Below are positions 33,873 through 44,619 of a stretch of 55,825 nucleotides of DNA, piece after piece. Every line of letters begins with the position of its first letter. Position 1 is the first letter of the stretch. This DNA comes from Toensbergia leucococca (taxonomy: Eukaryota): NCBI GenBank assembly GCA_022813965.1, contig JALDZS010000065.1:62001-117825 (forward strand), given 5' to 3'. The notes under the pieces were generated by a model. That model was not told the DNA's origin. It saw only the letters and a list, made by a program, of their open reading frames with translations, and did no database searches. The translations under genes were made by a program, and so were the position numbers.

Positions 33873-35870
33873 ATGCATCGATCCCGTCCCCAGATGTCTA
33901 TTACTCTCCCCCGCAACTTTACATTTCATTACACAGAAGGCGAGGAGCCCAAAACCCCAGAGCGAGAGTTAATCGAGCCAACGCCTCCGTCGCCTCACAC
34001 ATATCGCATTAGACGTCGACCTCGTGCAAATATTCTTCCCACTGGTCCACAAGATCACCCAAGAAATGGACAGAGACCTCAAGACATTCCAGTCCCGACA
34101 ATAGAGATGCCTTCATCACCTGGGGAAGTGCGACCACCACTGCTTCAACGAGCAACGGAGCCAGCAGAAGGCTACCTTGCACCGGTACCGACTCGCCACT
34201 TCATGACTGCCCCCAGAACACCTTCCGCCCAAAGAGGTCTTCTTGACAGTGGATGGAGAAGCCCAAAACAACAAGCTTTTGGAGAAAGTCTAAGTCGTCC
34301 AATGTCAGCTTGTTCTCTCTTTTCGGATTCTTCAGAAGATTCAAATGGCAGTTTAGCTTCTCCGCCATCATTAGGCGGGAGCTGTACCAGCCCAGAGAGC
34401 GACGCACCAGATCCCTTTGTTCTATCATCTTTCTCAAAAATCACCACGAGGTATAGGTCAGCACTGGCAAGTAGCACCAAGACTATAAGGAAGAGTCATG
34501 GGTCAAAGCAAAAGGAGAAGCAGGTACACTGGACACCTGAAATGGACAGGCATCTGTGGAAAACATATCTCGTTTATCTTCAAGACCCAACCGTCACACC
34601 CTTCAAGACACTACCAGGTAGCGCACCTCCTTTGGGGGTATGTCATCGTGTCGCTCGAGAGGCAAGGAGGTCTTGGCGAGGAGCAAAGGCAACGTCTCGT
34701 AAAGCTTCTGAAGGCTTGCGTAGCGTTAGTGATGAGGCCAACGCAGTAAGCTCTGGTGATTCTCCAGACACCATCAAACCAAGTCGAAGTGGTAGCATTA
34801 CTCCCACAGGCTCAACAGCTCCGAAGCCGCCTCCATGGCCAAAATCGGGGGCATCGACAAGACGTAGATTGCGTGAACTATGCAAACGCAAGCCTACGAT
34901 TGCTCCACATTATCAACGTCTGCTCCAAACTCGAAGCCCTTCGCCTTTTAGCTCGAGCCCTCGCTCTCAATCTCAGGCGACGGCTGTATCCAGCCCGCTG
35001 CACGAGGAGCATCGACCAAACCCTTTCAATACTCGCAATATTCAACTCTCGTTAGCAACCAGCACAGCTGCGACCATGCAACCTGGTGGACCTCTTGCTC
35101 AATTGGCTACGCACAGTACAATGAGTCCGCCACCCGACCAGGATTGGTTCAATGATCCCATCGTGCCGTGGGCTTCTCCAGCTCCAATTCCATCAGACAT
35201 TGGCCTTAGTAATGTTACCATGAGTGATGCAGGCGAGTTACCTCGCCTGGGATCTCCTTTCGGCTACCACACTTGGGGCCCAAGTCGATCTCGCCAACAC
35301 TTACGTCCTTCCTCCCCAAGAACTCGATCCGACTATCTATCCCAACCATCCCACCCCGCTCCATCACTGAGGTCGCCTGTCCATTTACACGATGGATTTC
35401 CTTACCCAAGCGTCAATAAGCGTCGCGCTCAGCATCAACTAGAAGATGAACTCAGTCCAGGCGGTACGGACATACGAAGGAACTTGCTCTCAGATCTATT
35501 TGGAGGAGTCACCGAAGGTCGTCATCGCCGCGTGAGAAGTCGTGGATTCAGTTTGGGCGACGTCAGCAGCAACCCCCATCTCTCCAGTCTATTCACACCC
35601 CCCCCAGCCCACGACCAGACCACCAATCCCGACGTCACCATGACAGCGGCCCCTGACTCCAACAGTCTTGCCCCGCCCTCCAGAGCCGAATCTATCAAGC
35701 GTTTGGGATCGCCTTTCAATGGCGCAGGCACTGTATTTAATCCACCCCCACGTGGACCTTCAAGGCATGCACCCTCGGCCAGTCTCTCAGCCTACGACCC
35801 CGGCACTTTTTCCTCCATCGACCAACGCCTTCGCCAATCCGGCCACGACGATGAGTTTTCTAGACGCTAG
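33873..35870 (+). CDS. Uncharacterised 665-aa S/P/R-rich protein with a short ordered Trp-containing core
   Basis: Single long ORF. Ordered block HWTPEMDRHLWKTYLVYLQDPTVTPF...PPLGVCHRVAREARRSW, and RLGSPF occurring twice. Confidence 0.85.
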   Translation: MHRSRPQMSITLPRNFTFHYTEGEEPKTPERELIEPTPPSPHTYRIRRRPRANILPTGPQDHPRNGQRPQDIPVPTIEMPSSPGEVRPPLLQRATEPAEGYLAPVPTRHFMTAPRTPSAQRGLLDSGWRSPKQQAFGESLSRPMSACSLFSDSSEDSNGSLASPPSLGGSCTSPESDAPDPFVLSSFSKITTRYRSALASSTKTIRKSHGSKQKEKQVHWTPEMDRHLWKTYLVYLQDPTVTPFKTLPGSAPPLGVCHRVAREARRSWRGAKATSRKASEGLRSVSDEANAVSSGDSPDTIKPSRSGSITPTGSTAPKPPPWPKSGASTRRRLRELCKRKPTIAPHYQRLLQTRSPSPFSSSPRSQSQATAVSSPLHEEHRPNPFNTRNIQLSLATSTAATMQPGGPLAQLATHSTMSPPPDQDWFNDPIVPWASPAPIPSDIGLSNVTMSDAGELPRLGSPFGYHTWGPSRSRQHLRPSSPRTRSDYLSQPSHPAPSLRSPVHLHDGFPYPSVNKRRAQHQLEDELSPGGTDIRRNLLSDLFGGVTEGRHRRVRSRGFSLGDVSSNPHLSSLFTPPPAHDQTTNPDVTMTAAPDSNSLAPPSRAESIKRLGSPFNGAGTVFNPPPRGPSRHAPSASLSAYDPGTFSSIDQRLRQSGHDDEFSRR

Positions 35871-36860
35871 TGCTGCTAAAGCTTTCCTAATGTTGCGTCT
35901 TCGCCCCGGCGTCGCGCACTTCGTCTCTGCATTGTTCATAGCAAGACGTCACAGACCTCCTATTCTAGACAAATAGTCACCATCGCACAGTCCATTCGCC
36001 CTGCATCTACAAATCACCATCTACATAGAACCAAGTTTGCCCGGCCATCGCGCATCTACGTCTTCTTTTCTCACCGGCATTTTTCTTTTTGCATGGCTAC
36101 TTGTCTCTTCTCTCTCTCCGAGGGAAACAGACCTTCTTCGCTCATGAGTTCACGATCACGACCATTACACCCAGCTTCTTCTTCTCTTGGGGGCTTTTTG
36201 CCATTCTCGCCCAGATCTAGCTACGCCTCGGCGCAGATTTGCGCGCATCAATCTTGCCAATATTCCTTTCTTGGTCCAGCATGTTTTCCTATTCTACGCT
36301 CTATTCCAAACCGCTCGAATCACGTACATCGATCTCACGCCCACGCAGATCTAGAAGACCTGTGTCATGAATTGGGATGATGGAAGGGCATTGGAAACGG
36401 GAACAAGAACCAGCTGGATTTGGTGATCATTTTGGATGGGATGGAACAAGATGGATGAGCCCATGTCACCCTTTATTTTTCATGTCTTTTTTTTCACGGC
36501 CAATGGGGCGTTTTCTTCCGAAACGGGGGTCGGGGTCATGCGTGTTGTGTAACCCCCCTTTGGATGAGAAAACATATGAGCCAGATAGCAGATCAGACAG
36601 ACTTGATAGATAGTTTGTAGTCGAAAGGCATAGCCCCCCTCCCAAAAAATAATGTACTTGAAAAAAACAAAAAAAATCTCCAATCTGCACTCCCTAAAAT
36701 GGAAAGTGGAAAATGCCAAACAAAACCATAGACTTCTGGCGCATGCAACTCGTAAAACAGCCCAACCCAACAAAAAGCAACCCCAAACACCTAGCCACAA
36801 AGAAACCAGACCCCCCGCCCAATCAATATTCGTTCCATCCCATCCTCCCTACTTACCTAC

Positions 36861-39800
36861 CTACCGCCTCCGTTCCCGAATCTTCTCCTCGACCCTCCGC
36901 AAAGCACCCCTCAGCCCCCTCCTCCTCCCCTCCTCCCCCTCCAACCAATCCTCCATCCCCCGCCTCAGACCCCTCAAATCCACACTCTTGCCCCCAGAAT
37001 TCAACAGCGTGTCGAAAAACCCGCCCCAAATACCCCCCTGCCAATACCGCTTCAGTCCCTCCCGAACCTTCCACCTCCTCCCGCCACCAGCAGCGCCGCA
37101 AATGCCTTCTCCAATACCACCAGCAGCAGTATTATCAGCAGCAGAGATACCATCACCATTTTCCCTGTCACCGCCAACGACAAGCACGTCCTCGATATAC
37201 TTGCCAAAGAGCAGACTGTGCACCACGCCCGCCACGCCCCAATAATCCACCTGCCACGTCCACGGCCGCATCTCGCGCATCTCCACGCAATCCTGCCGGC
37301 CCGTCTTCCAGTCTGCGATAAACTGCACCCCGGGCTTGAAACAGCGCATATCAATCCCGCGTCCAAAATCAATAAGGCACAGGCCCTTGGCCGACCAGCC
37401 GCCGGAGCCGTCGCGGCGGTAATGCGAGTCCCAGGCTTCGAGAGGGGCGATGGGATCGAGGCGCACGAGGCAATTGTCAGCTTTGAGATCGCCGTGGAGG
37501 AGACCCTGCGCGTGCAGGGCTTCGACGGTGCGGATGAGCTCGATGGCGAAGAACATGACGACTGCTTCGTCCAGGACGCCGGGGCCGGTGGACTCGGCGC
37601 GGGCGAGGTTGACGAGGTCGAGGAGGGTGCCTTGGTCGTGGTATTCTTCGATCAGATAGCCTTCGTCGGCGAAAAGGTGCAACTCGTAGGCTTTTGCGAT
37701 GGAGGCGACGGGGCGAGAGGAACCGAGGCGGAGGTGGGCGAGGCGCATGATGTGGAATTCCCAGGGGGTGGGTGGGTCTTCGCATTTTATGGCGGAGAGA
37801 GGAGGGCGGGTGTTTTTTGTGAGGGTTCGGGAGTTGAGGGTTTCGGAGTCGGCATCTGAATCGTTTCCGTGGGAGGCGAGGTAGACTGGGGCGAAAGCTC
37901 CTTTGCCTAACTCGCGCTTGATTGTGTAGGTTTTGCAATCAGGGTCGGTGAAACGAAGGATTGGTGGCAAGGAGAGATTCGTTGCTGTTTTTTCGGAGGC
38001 GTTTTTGGAGACTTTGGCGAGGGCTTTGACGAATTTTCGGATTTCAGGGCCTTTGTTGTATGACTGAGGTCTGTAATCATGGAATTCGGCATAAAATGCC
38101 AGAGGTGGTTGGATGCTTTCTAGTATGGTTTGGCGGATCGAGTCATCAACCGGATTGCAACAAGTGTCTTTGATGATTGGTCCATTGACTTCTTTCATGG
38201 CCGGCTTTCCCCTTGAGGTAGAGCGAGTCTTGTCTGTGCTCACAGTAGTTTTCACTATTCCTAGTCCCTGGACGTTACGTGATCCCTCTACCCTATCACT
38301 GACGATCTCTTCAAAAGGACTGCTTAGAAGCTCATCATCAGTTTCAAGAGTAGCAGGTGTTCTATCCCCGTTCCGCCGTGAAGGAGTCTTTGAATTGAAG
38401 TAATCTTTCTCTCCTCGAGCTGTCAAGGCTCCCATTGATGATTCTGTTTTCTCTACGATAGGCGTCATGCATTGAAGCCGACCCTGAGATGGCTGTGAAG
38501 AATCTCGATACTGTCTTGAGGGTGGCTCGTAGTCTTCAAGAGGTATTGGGATGAATTTTGCTCGCGACGTGCGGTTGTCAGCCTCTGGGATTATTTGTGT
38601 TGTCGACTCATCTACATTTTGCTCTCCATGATAGTCTGAGGCACCATCTTCAAACGCTGCAGAACCTTTCCGTTGGGCTTCACCCACACCGTCTTCGCCT
38701 AGTAAATCGTCCACGTCTACCTTTAGACCAGGCTCACTGGCGGTAAAATCCGACCATTCGCTGCCGTGTTTTGCACTGGCCTCCTCGTTCTCGACTATGT
38801 TCCTAGCGCTAGTCTCCTCGTCACCATACTCGCTAGTACCTGATATTCTACCGGTACCAGTGCTCTCTCCTGCGCTCGTATAATCGTCATCATCATAGTC
38901 ACTCTCGCCAGCGCTATCAACGTTACTGCCTATTGGGCCCATATTCCTGAGAGGCTGGTTGAAGATATCTAAGATATCGTCCGTTGCCGCTTTGGTATGA
39001 AGAGTCATGGTCGGCTCTGCCGAGTTCTTACGTTTCAATTTTGGGCCGGTTGGCGATTCCAGGTTTGTTTTGACTATCATAGCTTTAGTCCTAAATCAAT
39101 TCCCGAAACTGAGAAAGATCATACTTGTCTGAGGTTCTCCCTTGACTTCCATGATTTTCGTTCGCTTTGTTCGGCTAGTCCTGCCTTCTCGACTTCCTTC
39201 TTTGATAGCATTGCTCTGCGGAGGTTGCTGCCATCCCTCATGTACGTCAAGGCTATGCTGGACAATCTCGGCGGCCAAGGCATCGACAGCATCCTGGGAC
39301 TCGTCAAGCTGTAGCGACTTCTCCACCGAATATGTATGTGGCTCCTTGATATTCTCCTTCCTCCTCTCAGCCGCCCAATCTATGTCGAGCCAACCTCTGG
39401 ACTTGGCTCTCAATTCTTCGAAGCTAAGCTCTTCGTTGTGGTCATTTGGATTCGGGTACACTGCTTCAAGGTTCACGAAGACACGTTCAACTTTACCGGT
39501 CTTGGGGTTTATCACTTCTTGTAAAGCTGTGTATTTGGATGGTTCTAGTTGTTTTATAATAGGGCCTTGCGGTACTGACTGAAATACACAAAGTGCAAAA
39601 TCGCCAGTAATTAGTCCTATGACCGTAAACAAACGAGCGAAAGCGCAGGATTGTAGAACGTACCTCATCCTTGAAAACCATCATTTTGGGCGGCCCGCTC
39701 ACTTTCTTTCCCGCCTTCAGTGTTTCTCCCGACCATGGTTTTGCCTCTATGTCATTTTCTTTCTTTCGTTCCGCTATCGACCCGATATTTTCCCAACCTT

Positions 39801-40659
39801 TTGCTGTCTCACCAGGACCTAGCATGATGGTCGAAACAGGAACATGAACATCTGCATCGGCGAAGATAGACAACTTCTGTCTAGTACCTCGTGCGGTTGA
39901 AGGCCCACCGATGCCCAATGAAGGCCGAGCCTGAGGATCTGCAGGTCTAGGGGTTGATGCAAAAGGATCTATCTTGGCCACCAATGCTGGTCGCACCGTT
40001 GGTAAAGCTGGCGACGAAGGCTCATCGTCATTCTGCGTCCGTTGGTCCAATCTATGCTGAAACTCGCCAAATTTGCGTACTAATCTCTCGGTCGGGCGGG
40101 CTTCACGTTCAATGCCGAGCTTGTAGACCTCGTCAGCCTGCGCCCATCTTCCGGCTCCCTCAAGCCACGCGGCAAACTCCTCATAGAATAAAGCAAGACC
40201 TTCCCCGATGCTGTGCCTTGCGAGGTAGGCAAAAGTCTCTCGTGGGGTATCGGAGAAGAAGCGAATATAGATTAGCCAAAGCTTCAAATAGCGCGGATCA
40301 TTTTTGTAATGTATTGCCGACTGGAAGGCTTTCGTGGCTCGTTCTAGAAGTGGCCTCAATTGAGACTCCGGGGTTGCTTGTGCGGAAGGATAGGCATTGA
40401 GAGTCCATTTAACATAACGATCATAAATATCCAAAGGGTCGTCTGAATCAGATATGGCGATGAGCTCGACTTCATACTCCTGACGTATGGCATCGTTGAA
40501 ATTTCTGGTATTACCGATTGTGGGAGCTGGGGAGCAGAGAGAAGATGGCGCGAAAGTAGAAACGAGAGCTTTTGCCGATCGACCTCCAGGAAGCGATTGT
40601 ATGTTCTCCTTGTGGGATTCGATGATATCGAAGTTGATGAGGTCTTCTGTGATCGACAT
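36861..40659 (-). CDS. BUB1: Spindle checkpoint kinase Bub1/Mad3 (SldA-type)
   Basis: Exons 40659-39664, 39578-39125, 39073-36861. N-terminal KEN box (SHKENIQ), Mad3/Bub1 TPR region (DDPLDIYDRYVKW, YKNDPRYLKLW), GLEBS-like EELSFEELRA, kinase motifs GKGAFA, HGDLKADN, DFG. Confidence 0.95.
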
Positions 40660-40893
40660 TTCGAAGATTATCCGTCACGGTGACCTGTCATAAGCTGCGA
40701 TAAGAGCACAGATTCTATCAAAATGCATATCGAACACATTTATTTATTATTATCGAACTTCCAAGTGTTGTCATCCTCGCTTATGTAATCAAGGTTGACA
40801 CGGCAACAGACTGAAGATTTATTTAGGGTAGGAGGGTAGGTAACCCTCACTCCGACTAGAGTAAGCCCATGTAAACACTATTCTAGAACACTT

Positions 40894-41551
40894 CTAATGG
40901 CCCTCCCTTGTTTCCGATAGAAACTTCTACGCCCCGCTCAAACTCTCCCGCATTTCCCAGCTCCTCTCCTCGATTTCTCTCAAATTTGTCTCCTGCGCCT
41001 CCAAAAGTCTCTTTATCTTCTCTATATTCTTCTGAATCTCCGCCATAACCCTTTCCATCTCCTCGAATCGCCTCGTCAAGTGGCTGCTCTGGTTCTTCGC
41101 AGGCAACTAGGGCTCCAACAGCATCGTGATCTTCGTGGCTGACGTCAAGGTCGAGTTGTAGGATTGTAGTCGAGTGGTAGAACCTGGTCAAGTGTTATAA
41201 TGAATACGGAATGTATCAAACGTAGTACAATGACTTTGGATGATAATAGAGTAGGGACGAAGGAATGAAGTCCGAAGGATAGAGTATCGAAAGAGTAATA
41301 GAGAGAAATTGTGGAACGCTGAGGGCAAATTATTCGATAGAATGATAGAGCTAGATTGAGACGTTGGAGATAATGTGGTAAGTATGGATAATAGCAGAGG
41401 TAGAGTGGAGGAGGAGCTGCTTAAATAGGAAAGACCCAAGATAATCCTGGACTTCGTATGCTGAATATCCTGTTCGTAAGGTAGGCAAGCTTGAGCAAAA
41501 CTGGTATTGTTCAAGTAGGTTAAGTGATAGCAAGATGAAAGTCAAAATCAT
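40894..41551 (-). pseudogene. Possible decayed (or recoded) coiled-coil protein gene
   Basis: One frame from 41514 continues through stops at 41188 (TGA), 41107, 40927 and 40894 (TAG) and contains a heptad-like stretch RRFEEMERVMAEIQKNIEKIKRLLEAQETNLREIEE. A hydrophobic leader from ATG 41551 lies in a shifted frame. Confidence 0.35.
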
Positions 41552-41617
41552 CGAAATTCTTAACGAAGAAGCAACGACGCGGTAAGTGGAAGCAGAAGTC
41601 CTTTTACTATTATAGTA

Positions 41618-44151
41618 TCATCTGCCATCGTGCAACATCGACCGTGCTCGAGTACGTTCATCCCCGTCTATTCTCCAGTCCACACTTTCCTCGCCCACTC
41701 CCTGCTGTGTCGCTTGCAACTCATCCCACTCGTCCTCTTCCATGTTCATCACGAGACAAATCTGTGTGCATCTTGTAAATGCATCACGTAGCCCATACCG
41801 ACCTCCTCTGACAACAGTATTAACAATACCAGAAATATCTCGCTCCAATCGTACAGCTCCCAGGTCGTTCAGTCTGCCATAATAGCTCCAGATACGTTTT
41901 TCCAAGACTTCACTAAGATACGAGACCACGGTCGTGAGTAGCCTTTCGAAGTTGCGGTCGGTGGAGATCCTCGCAATAGGTTTTGTCAAAGCATCCCAGC
42001 CACGTTGGAAGCGGCTCTGGACAGTGACCTCGACCGCATTGTTACCATCCTCGTTCACTTCTGCTTCCTTCCCAATGCCTTCGAGCTCGTCCTCTGACAT
42101 TTGATAATCGATATCGCGGAACGCATCTGCCAGCATAGGACGCAATCGAGGCTTCATCACGTTCTTGAACAGAACAATAATGCCGTCGCTGATAAGTTCA
42201 GACGTCTTAGCCTCAAAGCTGTTTGGTAGAGCCTTCAAGGTATTGACAACAAAAATAGCGTCATGAGCAAACGGGTACGAATCTGAAACCGGGTTCCCTT
42301 TCGGGCCACCGTGACCGTGCGTATGTTCTGCTGCAAGCGGAGTATCCACACGGGATTGCACAATCCTCTTCACGTAGTCAGTAGCAACGTCGAGGTTATT
42401 GATAAGAACTAAGAACGCAATGATGACATGCTCCGGAGGAAGAGCACCTTGTATTGCAGCCTTTGGGTAGCTCTCGTCTCGCATCTTTCGCTGAATCATG
42501 CCAATAAAGTCGGAGCCCAGTACTCGAGCAATGGTTGGAATGACGATTGCAACAACATCCCTTTGTGACGTCGAAAGAGATCTTTGGACCACTTGATTAA
42601 CGATGTACATCACATCGTCAACAGCTGACGTGATGTAAGGCGGACTGGAGCTCAAGGGTTTAGCAGGATTAAGAGATAGGTCTAACGGTGGCTCATCAAG
42701 CTGAAATGCCTTCTCGACAGACCTGCGGAAGAAAAACGTAGTCATTATATTGAATGGCATGACAAGTCTATCAGCGATTCTTTTGTTCAGGCTCGAGGTG
42801 ACGAGCAGATGAGGCAACCTCAAGTCCTCTTTCTCGTCGTCTGATGTTGACGAAATTGTCTGATTCATATCAGCATTTGTTTCTCAGTGCTCTATACAGC
42901 GTTTCTTACCTTGCACTTCGCTGTTAGAAACCTACAGTACAGAGCCCACCGGCCTAACATTACTGATATCTCACTCAGAAAACCATCTATGTCCTTCATA
43001 TCCACGCCTTCATCTTCCTGGGCCTGTATGCCTGCTACAGCATCCCTCTTTGCTGGAGACGCAGCGCGTGGGGTCCCACTTCTGCCCTGCTGAGCCGGAA
43101 GAAAGCTCTGTACTAGGAATGTGAACGCATAAGATCTTATGTCTGTAAGCTTACGATCAATGTTCCTCTCCTCGCTCCAAGTATCCAAAATAATACCGCC
43201 TTGAACATCTGCCTCAACCTGTAACCTCTCGATGACCCTCACCATCCGTCCTTCTCCGTAATGGCGTTCTACGAGACCTCCATTGTGCTCCACGATCTGA
43301 GCAATATGCTCGAATAACCTCGTTATCGCAGTAGCGTAGAAGAAGCCTTCTCTCCGCTGAGATCCTCCTGTACCTGCATTCAAATTCGATCTTGCTCGTG
43401 AGGCCACTCCTTGACAAATGTATCTACCATACACATCCAAGCCAACATCTGATTTTCCTATCAGTGGAAACAATTTGAAGAACCTTGTAATTTTAGTTCC
43501 GTTGCCTTCTTGCGCAGCTTTTTCGAATTCTCGAAGGAAGAGCCCACACAGAGATTCAGCCGCATGATCCAGTGTCATATTTGGAGGGTCTGGAACTTCA
43601 GCAGTAGGCACAATCTCCTCGGCGAACGAGCCGTTTATTACATCTTTTGGTATCTTAGAGGCCCGGTTCAGATAGCCAGCAGCGGTCTCCCAATCCTGTG
43701 GAGCTCCCATTGACCCCGTCACACCCAGAACGCATGCTTTGAGCTCTGCTACTTGCTCTACCACGTTCAAGGTGGCTTTCACCCTGGCTTGCTCGAGATC
43801 GAGTCGCTTGACAGCACTAGATATCCGGTTGGCAGTAGAAGCAGCATTAGAAAGCATGCCATTGCTTATGGATCTTGTAGCAATTGCCTGAGAGCCCAGG
43901 TGGGCACGAAGTAGATCCAGGCGGCCAAGCTCTCTTGAAAATTCTTTCTGTGAAGCGACCAGTGCGTTCAGGCGCGTCGTCACCGATGTCTCCCGGTGGT
44001 CGAGAAGAGCCAGAGCAGTTTTTATTTCGGCGACGGAGCTAGCTTCATTGATCTGGCCGTGTCTGCCCGAGGGTTTGCTATCATCCTCATCGGCTGATGA
44101 CAGCGTTCTTGTCCTACCATTCACCTGTACACGTTTGCCGTTTGCTGCCAT
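41618..44151 (-). CDS. COG4: Conserved oligomeric Golgi complex subunit 4
   Basis: Exons 44151-42910 and 42859-41618. Motifs RLDLEQARVKATL, DWETAAGY, ITRFFKLFPLIG, SAVDDVMYIV, LGAVRLERDISGIV. Confidence 0.93.
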
Positions 44152-44436
44152 GTGTGCGGCTTGGCATGCTCAGAAGGTTACATTTTGGGAATATCTCATA
44201 GTTCTTATTGGCGAATACTGCCTGAGAGATACGTGGTGTGTTGAAATATTCAGTTATGCACTGATAGAATACGCTTCATAAAACATCAATACCTAATGTA
44301 GAGTACTCTACCTACTCGAATTCCGTATGCAGCACTAATTATCAGGGGGAGTTTTCATAAGACTAAGTACTTAATTGACCCCCTTTTTTTTCAACGTAAG
44401 CTTTTCTTATTCTGTATTGTCTCTTAACTTATAGAT

Positions 44437-44619
44437 AGAGCAGTAGTCTTTCAAAGAGCCTGCTCCTGCTGCTACGGCTTCCCATAACCTGGCGCCATCA
44501 AGATGGAGAGGTATAGGGGGTTTTTGGGCACGAGCCCAGGTGCTTAGGACGTGGCAGTCGGAGATGGGGAGGTTGGTACCGTTGAGGGTGTTTTCGACGG
44601 CGATGAGTCTTGTTGGGCA
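44437..44619 (-). pseudogene. Isolated internal fragment of low-specificity L-threonine aldolase (GLY1-like)
   Basis: Translates without a stop as CPTRLIAVENTLNGTNLPISDCHVLSTWARAQKPPIPLHLDGARLWEAVAAGAGSLKDYCS, with the family motifs ENT and HLDGARLWEA. Similarity ends before the PLP-lysine motif (SKGLGAP), and there is no N-terminal part upstream. Confidence 0.8.

Noticed and set aside
36652..37938. Several 150-210-aa ORFs antisense to or overlapping the BUB1 3' end
   Set aside because: Explained by GC-rich, skewed sequence with few stop codons.
40858..40873. RNase MRP P4-like motif (ACATGGGCTTACT on minus)
   Set aside because: Wrong spacing and no matching 5' GAAAGTCCCC strand upstream.
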